This document shows positions 29,742 to 37,700 of a stretch of DNA of 64,000 nucleotides, in pieces. The stretch comes from Pseudothermotoga sp. (lineage in GTDB: Bacteria > Thermotogota > Thermotogae > Thermotogales > DSM-5069). A program made the translations under genes and the position numbers. Location of the stretch: the NCBI GenBank assembly GCA_031962025.1, contig JAVRKW010000003.1; one strand, written 5' to 3'. The notes under the pieces are model-generated. The model was not told where the DNA came from and ran no database searches. It saw only the letters and a program-made list of their open reading frames with translations. Numbering within the stretch: the stretch's first letter is position 1; the number at the start of each line of letters is the position of its first letter.

Positions 29742-30806
29742 TTGACAGTAGACGAAGCGCGATTTTTGAGCAGGAAGATCATGGAGGCTGGAGAAGTCCC
29801 ACTTTTGGTAGGACATTTTGGAGTTGGAAAAACAGATATCGCAAGACAGATCGCCAAACAGACCAATAGAAAACTCGTGATACTCATTCTTTCACAGATG
29901 GAGCCGGGCGATTTGATAGGTCTTCCTTCCAAGCAAAACGAGCAGACTGTTTTTCTAAGACCGGATTGGTGGCCAGAGGATGGCAATGTGATAATCCTGC
30001 TGGACGAGATAAATCGAGCCCACAGATCTATAAGAAATGCAATCATGCAACTTGTGATAGACAAAAGGATACACAACCACGTACTGCCAGAGGGAACGTG
30101 GATCATGGCAACGATGAACCCGCCGGATGATGAATATGATCAGGCAGATTTGATAACAGATCCTGCTTTTATTTCACGCTTTTTCATAATCGACATATCA
30201 CCATCTGTTGAAGAATGGCAGCGATGGGCTCAGGAAAACAACGTCGATAAAAGTATAATTCAATTCATTGAGAAATTTCCTGAATTTCTTTACACACATT
30301 CACCGATGTCTTTGAGAGTTGAATTAAGGCCTAGTCCCAGAAGCTGGTACAAACTCAGCAATGTTTTGAGAACACTCAATGAAGATGAAAAGAAGAAATT
30401 TGGTTATTCCTTAGCGTGCGGAATACTGGGACCAGAAGCTGCAAAAGCCTTCATTGAATCTGGTTATGATGAATCGATACCTTCGCCGCAGCTTGTTTTG
30501 TTAAACGGTGTTGAGAAAATTCTCAAAGACAGCACAGATCAGGCAAATTCCTTGACGCTCAGGTTGATAGATTATTTTTCCAAATTAGATGATCAGACAG
30601 TTGAACTACTCGAAGCGAACATTTCAAGAGTGGCAAAGAACCTGAGTGAACTTGCCACGATCCTTCCAAGGGATTCTTTTTACGCTTTGATCAGGTACAT
30701 CACTGACAGAGCCACAAAAGGAGAAAAAAACTCTCAGTTTTTTGATAAGTTGATTGAGAAACTCTCAAATTTTGAACAGGTGAGATCGATACTCGATGAA
30801 ATCTGA
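29742..30806 (+). CDS. MoxR-like AAA+ ATPase
   Basis: GHFGVGKT, ILLDEINR, ATMNP, DPAFISRF, PSPRSW. Confidence 0.88.
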   Translation: MTVDEARFLSRKIMEAGEVPLLVGHFGVGKTDIARQIAKQTNRKLVILILSQMEPGDLIGLPSKQNEQTVFLRPDWWPEDGNVIILLDEINRAHRSIRNAIMQLVIDKRIHNHVLPEGTWIMATMNPPDDEYDQADLITDPAFISRFFIIDISPSVEEWQRWAQENNVDKSIIQFIEKFPEFLYTHSPMSLRVELRPSPRSWYKLSNVLRTLNEDEKKKFGYSLACGILGPEAAKAFIESGYDESIPSPQLVLLNGVEKILKDSTDQANSLTLRLIDYFSKLDDQTVELLEANISRVAKNLSELATILPRDSFYALIRYITDRATKGEKNSQFFDKLIEKLSNFEQVRSILDEI

Positions 30807-31980
30807 TATGGAGAAAATAATCTTAGACCTTGGCAAAAGATCACCTTTTTATCTGTATCTTTTGCTGAACATCTCGCGTGTGCCATCAAAAGAAGTAAAA
30901 AACATGCAATTGTCCATGGATAATTCAAAAATCACGCTTTACTACAATCCAGACTGGGTTTGTGGCAAACATCCAGAATTCGTGCAAGCCATGATCCTTC
31001 ATCATTTGATGCATTTGATAAATCTTCACTTTCTCATAAAACCAAAAAACGACAGAGACAGAATGATATGGGATCTTGCGATGGATGCGGCGATCAACCA
31101 GTATATACCTCTACTCTCGGCATTCGGGGTTCCATTGAATCTTCTGATTGAAGAAGGACACGGCGTCGATAACGAGAGATTGTTTGTACTTCCACCTGAC
31201 TGGATGCCCGACAAAAGCGCGGAAGAGTACCACAGATGGATTTTACAGAAGATGGAAGAGCTCGGCAGATATGATATATCTATAGTCGCGCAGGCAAGAG
31301 AAGATTCTTCTGATTCACACACCAAAATGTATCAGGTTCAGGACATCGATATGGTTCTTGAATTGACCAAAAGTCAGTTGAAAAAGGCTTTTAATCTGTA
31401 TGGTTCTGAACTCGAGTCAGGTGTTAAGAGAATGGTCGAACTTTCCATATCAAGACCAATTCTGAACTGGAAAGACAAAATGAGACATTTTGCAGGAGTT
31501 TCAGAATACGGTGAAAAATACACAACCATACTCAGACCAAACAGGAGATACGAACAGCAACCAGGCTGGAAAATCTCGCACATGGCAAGGCTCGGTATCA
31601 TTGTGGACACCAGCGGAAGTATTATAGAAGAAGAATTCGACGATTTTTTCTCTGAAATAGAAGCTCTTTCAAGGTACGTGGATACCGATTTTGTACTTGT
31701 CCAGGTAGATCGTGCTGTGAACTTGGAGATAAGATACTCAAAAGGTACTTACAGAAACATGGAGATAATCGGCGGTGGTGAAACCGATCTGCAACCTGCC
31801 GTTGATTACCTTCAGGATAAGCACCATCCTGAAGGAATAATAATCTTCACAGATGGATATACTGATCTTCCTGTCGTCAAAAGGCGTGTTCTCTTTGTAC
31901 TGTCAAAACACCACAGTGAAGAATTCTTGGATCAGGCAAGAAAGATATACGGTCGTTCAAGTGTGGTGGTTTTGCAATGA
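30796..31980 (+). CDS. DUF2201-type metallopeptidase-like + VWA domain protein
   Basis: LYYNP, HHLMH (HExxH variant), AMDAAIN, DTSGS MIDAS, GGGET, FTDG. Confidence 0.85.
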   Translation: MKSDMEKIILDLGKRSPFYLYLLLNISRVPSKEVKNMQLSMDNSKITLYYNPDWVCGKHPEFVQAMILHHLMHLINLHFLIKPKNDRDRMIWDLAMDAAINQYIPLLSAFGVPLNLLIEEGHGVDNERLFVLPPDWMPDKSAEEYHRWILQKMEELGRYDISIVAQAREDSSDSHTKMYQVQDIDMVLELTKSQLKKAFNLYGSELESGVKRMVELSISRPILNWKDKMRHFAGVSEYGEKYTTILRPNRRYEQQPGWKISHMARLGIIVDTSGSIIEEEFDDFFSEIEALSRYVDTDFVLVQVDRAVNLEIRYSKGTYRNMEIIGGGETDLQPAVDYLQDKHHPEGIIIFTDGYTDLPVVKRRVLFVLSKHHSEEFLDQARKIYGRSSVVVLQ

Positions 31981-32771
31981 TCGAATACGGTCCGATACTG
32001 GCTGTACAGATTTTGAAAAAATACATAAACCTTCTGCCGGTTGAAGTCGGCGTTGCTGAACTTGAAAAGTACAGAGAAAAACTCGATCAGTACCACAGGC
32101 ACATCTTTCTCTCCACAGTATATGTTCAGAACGGTTTTTGCGTTTTTTCGGCAGTTGATACCGAAAAAAGAAAGATCATGGGTATTTGTATATCCGATCC
32201 GTTTGAAAAAAATCTGGCTATTTACAGCTCATCTGTTGATTGTGAAGTTTTGCAAAAAGCCCACAGTGAACTCTTTGGTAAAAAGGCAGAGTTTTGTAAA
32301 AGCGGAATCACAAGGTTACCTTTTCAATACAGAGTTTTGGCAGTTGTTGGTGATGAAGATTTTCTCAGTAAAGAAATGTTGAAGGAAAAGATCTATGGTT
32401 TAGAGAATCTGTCTTTCTGCCAGAAAATCGACCAGGAACATTTTGAAAAACTCTGCAGACTGAATGAGAAAAAAGTGGATTTTGCTGTGATTTATCCTCT
32501 TGATGAATATATCGTCTGTATTCTAACCATGCCTGAATATGTGGACAAAGATCATGTCTCTCTACTCTCTGAAATCTCACGCATCTACAGGAAAAAATAC
32601 GGTGCGCCGTATCAGGGAAACGTGGGTAAGATAAAAAAACTCACATCGGTTCTGAGCGCTTTTGTGGTTTCTTACGAAGATTTTCTGAAGGGTTTTGATA
32701 TCGAAAAAAACTGCCTTGAACTGTGTCAGAAGATCAAAAAAGCTTACAGATGTGTCATCGATCTTGCCTGA
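31977..32771 (+). CDS. Hypothetical protein (DUF4895-like, Thermotogota)
   Basis: 264-aa ORF coupled by ATGA overlap to the VWA gene; family call is tentative. Confidence 0.55.
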   Translation: MIEYGPILAVQILKKYINLLPVEVGVAELEKYREKLDQYHRHIFLSTVYVQNGFCVFSAVDTEKRKIMGICISDPFEKNLAIYSSSVDCEVLQKAHSELFGKKAEFCKSGITRLPFQYRVLAVVGDEDFLSKEMLKEKIYGLENLSFCQKIDQEHFEKLCRLNEKKVDFAVIYPLDEYIVCILTMPEYVDKDHVSLLSEISRIYRKKYGAPYQGNVGKIKKLTSVLSAFVVSYEDFLKGFDIEKNCLELCQKIKKAYRCVIDLA

Positions 32772-33786
32772 TAACAACATACCTTCCCTTTTGATCTTCT
32801 ATTCTCACAAATTCATCGAAAACAGTCAGAAAAATCCTCGAGCCCATTCGTGAAAGGGCAGATCTGAGCCTGTGTGGAGATACCTGTATCTGGAATGGTT
32901 TTTGAAGGCCTGCGTCCAGTTCCGCTCTGTACTGTACGGTGCCGTACGATCCATAAAAGTGGATCTTGCTTTCAGTTCCAGTGATTCTCAAAGGAGTATC
33001 TTTTGGTAAAAGCCATGCGGCTTTGGAAACAAATTTTGCAAAAGCCGAATAAAGCTGATACGATTCTGAATTGACCATTATCTGTTCAATTCTATCATGC
33101 TTGGAATCTTTCTCTCCACAAACCTGCATTGCAAAATCTTCACAGATCAGGCTGAACCAGTTATCTCCAATCGCAAGAGTTAATGGACAGTCCTTTTCAT
33201 AGACTTTCAGGGCTTTCACGATATGCCTGCTGCTCATATACGGAATTGAGAAGGAGAATTGTTCATTGATGCTGTCATCGACTCTACAAAGGCTGGTAAT
33301 TGTTCTTGAAGGAGAGATAATTATCAAAGAGCTGTCAAAGGATGCAAGACAGGTCATATCGCCTTCTTCCAGTGCAGCCGTGGCAAAGTCCAGAAAATTC
33401 ATGAACTTCACCAGTCTTGTTTTTCCAGCTTCTTTGAAAGGCTTCATGTGTTCTCTTTCTTTTGGCTGTGATGTTTTTATTCTCAGTGTTTCCTGATATC
33501 CCTGCAGTGTTATCTGATCCTGTAAAATCACAAGACGAATTTCCTGTGATTTTTCTCCAGCCAGAAAACCTTTCAAAAGTTTCAGTCCAACCGGAATTTC
33601 ACCATAAAACGGTTCACACTCAGCGATCTTCATCCAGCAGGTTAGGCATCCATCTGTGGCTTTCATGACCAGCCCATCTTTGTAAGACAGAAAAACATTC
33701 CCGAAACTGTATTCGGAAGAACCCATTATTTTATCGCAGAATCTAAGCCAGTGGATCAGTGAACCTGTCTTGATAAGAGCTTTCAA
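32755..33786 (-). CDS. Divergent beta sliding-clamp (DnaN)-fold protein
   Basis: By-eye alignment to DnaN in all three domains (see findings); 343 aa. Confidence 0.65.
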   Translation of the reverse strand: MKALIKTGSLIHWLRFCDKIMGSSEYSFGNVFLSYKDGLVMKATDGCLTCWMKIAECEPFYGEIPVGLKLLKGFLAGEKSQEIRLVILQDQITLQGYQETLRIKTSQPKEREHMKPFKEAGKTRLVKFMNFLDFATAALEEGDMTCLASFDSSLIIISPSRTITSLCRVDDSINEQFSFSIPYMSSRHIVKALKVYEKDCPLTLAIGDNWFSLICEDFAMQVCGEKDSKHDRIEQIMVNSESYQLYSAFAKFVSKAAWLLPKDTPLRITGTESKIHFYGSYGTVQYRAELDAGLQKPFQIQVSPHRLRSALSRMGSRIFLTVFDEFVRIEDQKGRYVVIRQDR

Positions 33787-34680
33787 TCATTTCACCACCG
33801 TGTGGATTATAGCATCGATTAACTGTTCAAAACTCATTCCAGCAGCTCTGGCAGAAGCTGGAAGATCGCTCAGATCTGTAAGACCAGGTATTGTATTCAG
33901 TTCAAGCACATAAAAAATACCGTCTTTGAGTATTCCATCAACCCTTGCAAACCCTTCACATTCACAAACTTCAAAAGCTTTTAACGCAGATTGAGTGACC
34001 TGCTCGTACTCCTGCTGAGATAAAGGTGCCGGCAGAATAAACTGTGTCATGTTCGGAGTGTACTTTGCCGTGTAATCATAAAATCTTCTTTTTGGTTTTA
34101 GCTCTAAAATTGGAAGTACCTGTGGCTTTCCATCCAGTTCCAGTATGGAGACAGTCAATTCCCTGCCCGGTATATACTTTTGTACAATCATTTCATCATA
34201 AATTGAAAGTTCCTGCAAAAGTGCCTGATAAAGTTGCTCCGGATCATCGCAGATATGAACGCCTATGCTTGAACCTTCTCTTCTTGGTTTAATAACACAT
34301 GGGAATCCGAACGGTGATTCCCTAACAGGTTGCTTCACCAGAACATATTCAGGGTACGTGACAGTGCCGTTCAATGTGCGGTATGTCATGACCTTGTCAA
34401 AACAGATCGCACTCGAAAGCACCTTTGAACCGGTGTATTTTATACCAAGCCAATCGAGAATAGCCTGGACTACACCATCTTCACCAAACTGCCCGTGTAG
34501 TGCATTGAAAACAAGATCGAAATTTTTAAGCTCAGGGGCAATCTTTAAAAAATCACCATTCACGTCCACCGCAACTACTTCATGACCGAGTTTTTTCAGT
34601 GCTTTAACGACATTTTCTCCACTCTTTAGAGATATCGGTCGTTCACGTGACACTCCACCAAGCAGTACAGCGATCTTCAC
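33787..34680 (-). CDS. ddl: D-alanine-D-alanine ligase
   Basis: LLGGVSRER, LHGQFGEDG, EGSSIG, YDYTAKY, ELNTIPG. Confidence 0.95.
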   Translation of the reverse strand: MKIAVLLGGVSRERPISLKSGENVVKALKKLGHEVVAVDVNGDFLKIAPELKNFDLVFNALHGQFGEDGVVQAILDWLGIKYTGSKVLSSAICFDKVMTYRTLNGTVTYPEYVLVKQPVRESPFGFPCVIKPRREGSSIGVHICDDPEQLYQALLQELSIYDEMIVQKYIPGRELTVSILELDGKPQVLPILELKPKRRFYDYTAKYTPNMTQFILPAPLSQQEYEQVTQSALKAFEVCECEGFARVDGILKDGIFYVLELNTIPGLTDLSDLPASARAAGMSFEQLIDAIIHTVVK

Positions 34681-34754
34681 ACTACCGCACTCCTTTCTGT
34701 CTAAGGTATTTTACAATGCCAAAAAGGTGTACAATCAACAAAGTGATGAATTTT

Positions 34755-35714
34755 ATGAAAAAAGCCCTGTGCCTTTTGATGATAATGTGTGCTGTGTACG
34801 GATGTGTGAGATACGAACCAAGCTTGCTGAACGATCTTCAGATAAGATACATCGCTATAATGTACAGATACGGACCTTTTCACACCATTGAAGAAATCAA
34901 GGAACTTGTCGAACAGAGCGATTATGATGATGATGTTCTAAAATACTACAACTATTTTCGCGGGACGGTTGATCTTGAGGATGTGAAATTTTTCCAGAAG
35001 GCAGAAGTATATGATCAAAGGATTAAAGATTACATTCAAAAACATTTGCCCGTGAACAATTCAGATGATAGTTTGTTCATAGATAACTTCGATGATCCAT
35101 TGCCTTTGCAGATTATTGACACAAAATCCGAATATCAGAGTGCTCTTTCTGAAAGGATTTATCGACTTTTGGAGAGAGACTGGCAAAGCATGGGTCTGTT
35201 CAGAGTCTGGTATGAGGATTTTTATAAAAATGAGATCTGTGCAGAACAGTTGAAAAGATATGCTGATTTGATTGCACAGATAACCTGTATTTATTCATCA
35301 AAAGTACTTGAAAGAGTTCGTGAGACTTCGTCAACATTCTACATAAAGTTTGTTGATATGTCAAAAATTCCACCCGAACTATTGCTAGCGATTGCGTACA
35401 AAGAATCAAGGTTTTTTCCGGGTTCTTTCAGGGCAGAGATATATCAGGATAAAATACAGGCTGTTTCATTGGGCTTATGTCATATTCTGGTCGATGCCGA
35501 TACACTGGATCTTGACTTTGCGGATATAGGTGATCAAAAGGTTGATATGAGAACCTTTGAACTAATCGGTTATTACTATTTAGGCAATGATTACGCCCAA
35601 AAAAACGTTTTTGATGAAATTGACCTGATCCAGTTGAGGGGAAACATTCTGGTTTGTTTGATACAGCTCTCGCTCATATATGAAAAACTTCGACTTTCTG
35701 GTGTTATATATTGA
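34755..35714 (+). CDS. Lipoprotein with C-terminal lytic transglycosylase (SLT)-like domain
   Basis: Lipobox VYG-C; IPPELLLAIAYKESRF catalytic ES motif; SLGLCHI resembles the GLMQ motif. Confidence 0.65.
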   Translation: MKKALCLLMIMCAVYGCVRYEPSLLNDLQIRYIAIMYRYGPFHTIEEIKELVEQSDYDDDVLKYYNYFRGTVDLEDVKFFQKAEVYDQRIKDYIQKHLPVNNSDDSLFIDNFDDPLPLQIIDTKSEYQSALSERIYRLLERDWQSMGLFRVWYEDFYKNEICAEQLKRYADLIAQITCIYSSKVLERVRETSSTFYIKFVDMSKIPPELLLAIAYKESRFFPGSFRAEIYQDKIQAVSLGLCHILVDADTLDLDFADIGDQKVDMRTFELIGYYYLGNDYAQKNVFDEIDLIQLRGNILVCLIQLSLIYEKLRLSGVIY

Positions 35715-35790
35715 ACGGTAAGGTTTTGTGTGATATCATCTTTGTGGATGATATATCAACTGTTGAAATTTTTTCAGATTGTGGTATAAT
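35711..35790 (+). promoter_or_regulatory. Tandem sigma70 promoters upstream of tRNA-Glu
   Basis: TTGAAC-17-TATCAT (35711-35739) and TTGAAA-16-TATAAT with extended TG (35763-35790). Confidence 0.65.
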
Positions 35791-35801
35791 ATAAATTGCA
35801 T

Positions 35802-35876
35802 GGCCCCATAGGATAATGGCTAGTCCATCGGATTCTCAGTCCGAAGGTCGGGGTTCGATTCCCCGTGGGGCTGCCA
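35802..35876 (+). tRNA. tRNA-Glu(CTC)
   Basis: GGCCCCA...TCGGA-TTCTCAG-TCCGA...GGTTCGATTCC...TGGGGCTGCCA. Confidence 0.96.
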
Positions 35877-35907
35877 CCTTTTTCCCGACTTTCGTTTTCC
35901 TACTGAC

Positions 35908-35937
35908 ATAAAGCCCGCTGGCAAGAGCGGGCTTTAT
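35908..35937. terminator. Intrinsic terminator after tRNA-Glu
   Basis: ATAAAGCCCGCT-GGCAAG-AGCGGGCTTTAT. Confidence 0.8.
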
Positions 35938-36019
35938 TATTGATTGATCTCTCAGTGGTTACTTCTGAACAAACTTGAAAACCACATTAGAACCGCAGTA
36001 CATACCAAAAAATTCTATT

Positions 36020-36049
36020 AAGCGGTCTTTTGACCGCTTTTTGTTTTTT
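36020..36049 (+). terminator. Second intrinsic terminator
   Basis: AAGCGGTC-TTTT-GACCGCTT followed by a long T tract. Confidence 0.8.
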
Positions 36050-36144
36050 GTATTTGATGCATTGCCAATAAAAAAAGAAAGTACGCGTGAGCAAAGCCTG
36101 TGGTAAAATTAGAGTGAAATAATCTAATTTTAGGAGGTGTTAAG

Positions 36145-37329
36145 GTGAGTCAGGGTGTTGGAAAACAGCAGAAAAAAGAGATGATAAAAAACATAATAAG
36201 AGAACTTCACAGGGGTATGACGCCGCAACAGGCTAAAGAAAAATTTGAAAAAGAAATAGGCTCCATCACTTCTTTTGAGATAGCTCAAATAGAACAGGAA
36301 TTGATCAACGAAGGTGTTTCTACAGAAGAGATAAAGCAATTTTGCAATGTCCACGCGTTGCTGTTTAAAAGCATACTCTCTGAAAGTTTCAAGGATGTTG
36401 AATATCCGGTACATCCTGTCAATCTTCTTAAACAGGAAAACCAGCAGATCAAAAAACTCATTGAAAAGATCAAAAAGGCGGTTCAGGAAAAAAACATCGA
36501 TACACTGTCAGGTCTTCTTGAAGAGCTCAAAAAGATCGATGTACATTACAGCACAAAGGAACAGTTGCTCTTCCCATATCTTGAGAAGCATGGATTCATG
36601 GGACCATCGAAAGTCATGTGGGGGAAACACAATGATATAAGGGCAATGATGAAAAATGCCATTGATGCTTTAGAAAAAGTGGAGTTCGACGAATATGTTA
36701 AAAAGTATTTGAATCCATTGATTCAAGAGATAGACGGTATGATATTCAAAGAGGAAAACATACTCTTTCCATCAGCTCTTGAGATGCTTTCACCTCAGGA
36801 ATGGGTTGAGATATTGAAGGAAATCAGAGAAACTGGTTTTGCCTTCATAAAACTTCCTGCTACACTCGATAAACTCATAGAGGAATTTGAGGCAAATCTT
36901 TCAACAGGTCCGAAGATTGAAGATGGTCAGATAGTTTTTGATACAGGAAAACTGACACTTGATGAGCTCGAATCAGTACTCAACACATTGCCGGTTGATA
37001 TCACTTTTGTTGATAAAAACGACAAGGTAAAGTACTTTTCAAAATCAAAGGATAGGATCTTCCTCAGGACCAGAAGCGTTCTTGGACGAGAGGTTCAAAA
37101 CTGCCATCCACCGCAAAGCGTTGATAAAGTAAAGCAAATTGTTGAGTGGTTCAAAAAAGGTGAGAAGGATTCTGTTGATTTCTGGATAAACTTCAAAGGT
37201 AGGCTTGTTTATATCAGATACTTTGCTGTGAGAGACAAAAATGGAAAGTATCTTGGCACTCTTGAAGTTACTCAGGATATAACTCAGATAAAAAAATTGG
37301 AAGGAGAAAAAAGACTTTTAGATCAATAG
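36145..37329 (+). CDS. DUF438 + hemerythrin-like + PAS_10 domain protein
   Basis: EIAQIEQEL, FCNVH, HPV...ENQ, HYSTKEQLLFP, MWGKH, KEENILFP, LPVDITFVD, NCHPP. Confidence 0.88.
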   Translation: MSQGVGKQQKKEMIKNIIRELHRGMTPQQAKEKFEKEIGSITSFEIAQIEQELINEGVSTEEIKQFCNVHALLFKSILSESFKDVEYPVHPVNLLKQENQQIKKLIEKIKKAVQEKNIDTLSGLLEELKKIDVHYSTKEQLLFPYLEKHGFMGPSKVMWGKHNDIRAMMKNAIDALEKVEFDEYVKKYLNPLIQEIDGMIFKEENILFPSALEMLSPQEWVEILKEIRETGFAFIKLPATLDKLIEEFEANLSTGPKIEDGQIVFDTGKLTLDELESVLNTLPVDITFVDKNDKVKYFSKSKDRIFLRTRSVLGREVQNCHPPQSVDKVKQIVEWFKKGEKDSVDFWINFKGRLVYIRYFAVRDKNGKYLGTLEVTQDITQIKKLEGEKRLLDQ

Positions 37330-37352
37330 TTGATGAAAGAAGGAGTGATTTT

Positions 37353-37562
37353 ATGAGATATTTGCTGAACGTGCCTGATATTTCTTGCAACCACTGTAAG
37401 ATGAGAATATCAGAAAAATTACAACAAATCGGTCTAAAAGAGTATGAGATCGACTTATCAAAAAAGACAGTTGTGGTTGAAACAGAAGATATACAAAAAG
37501 TGATTGATGAACTTGCAAAGATAGGTTATCCCGTAGAGAGATTTGAAAAGTATAGCTATTGA
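37353..37562 (+). CDS. Heavy-metal-associated (CopZ-like) chaperone
   Basis: VPDISCNHC motif, IGY near the C-terminus. Confidence 0.85.
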   Translation: MRYLLNVPDISCNHCKMRISEKLQQIGLKEYEIDLSKKTVVVETEDIQKVIDELAKIGYPVERFEKYSY

Positions 37563-37700
37563 TGGTGGGATTTTGAATGTGAGGGATTTGAAAAGACTCC
37601 ATCTTTCGCGAAATTCAATTGAATGACCAGCTGCCAGTGTTCACAAATTAAAAAAATGTGGTTTAATATAATTAACACTACAAGAAGGCAGTTGGCGATT

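Noticed and set aside
35877..36144. Integrative element at tRNA-Glu
   Set aside because: No integrase and no repeated tRNA 3' end seen in the window
37560..37700. Possible riboswitch upstream of recJ (GATGG...CCATC pairing)
   Set aside because: No match to a riboswitch consensus that I could recognise, and no terminator
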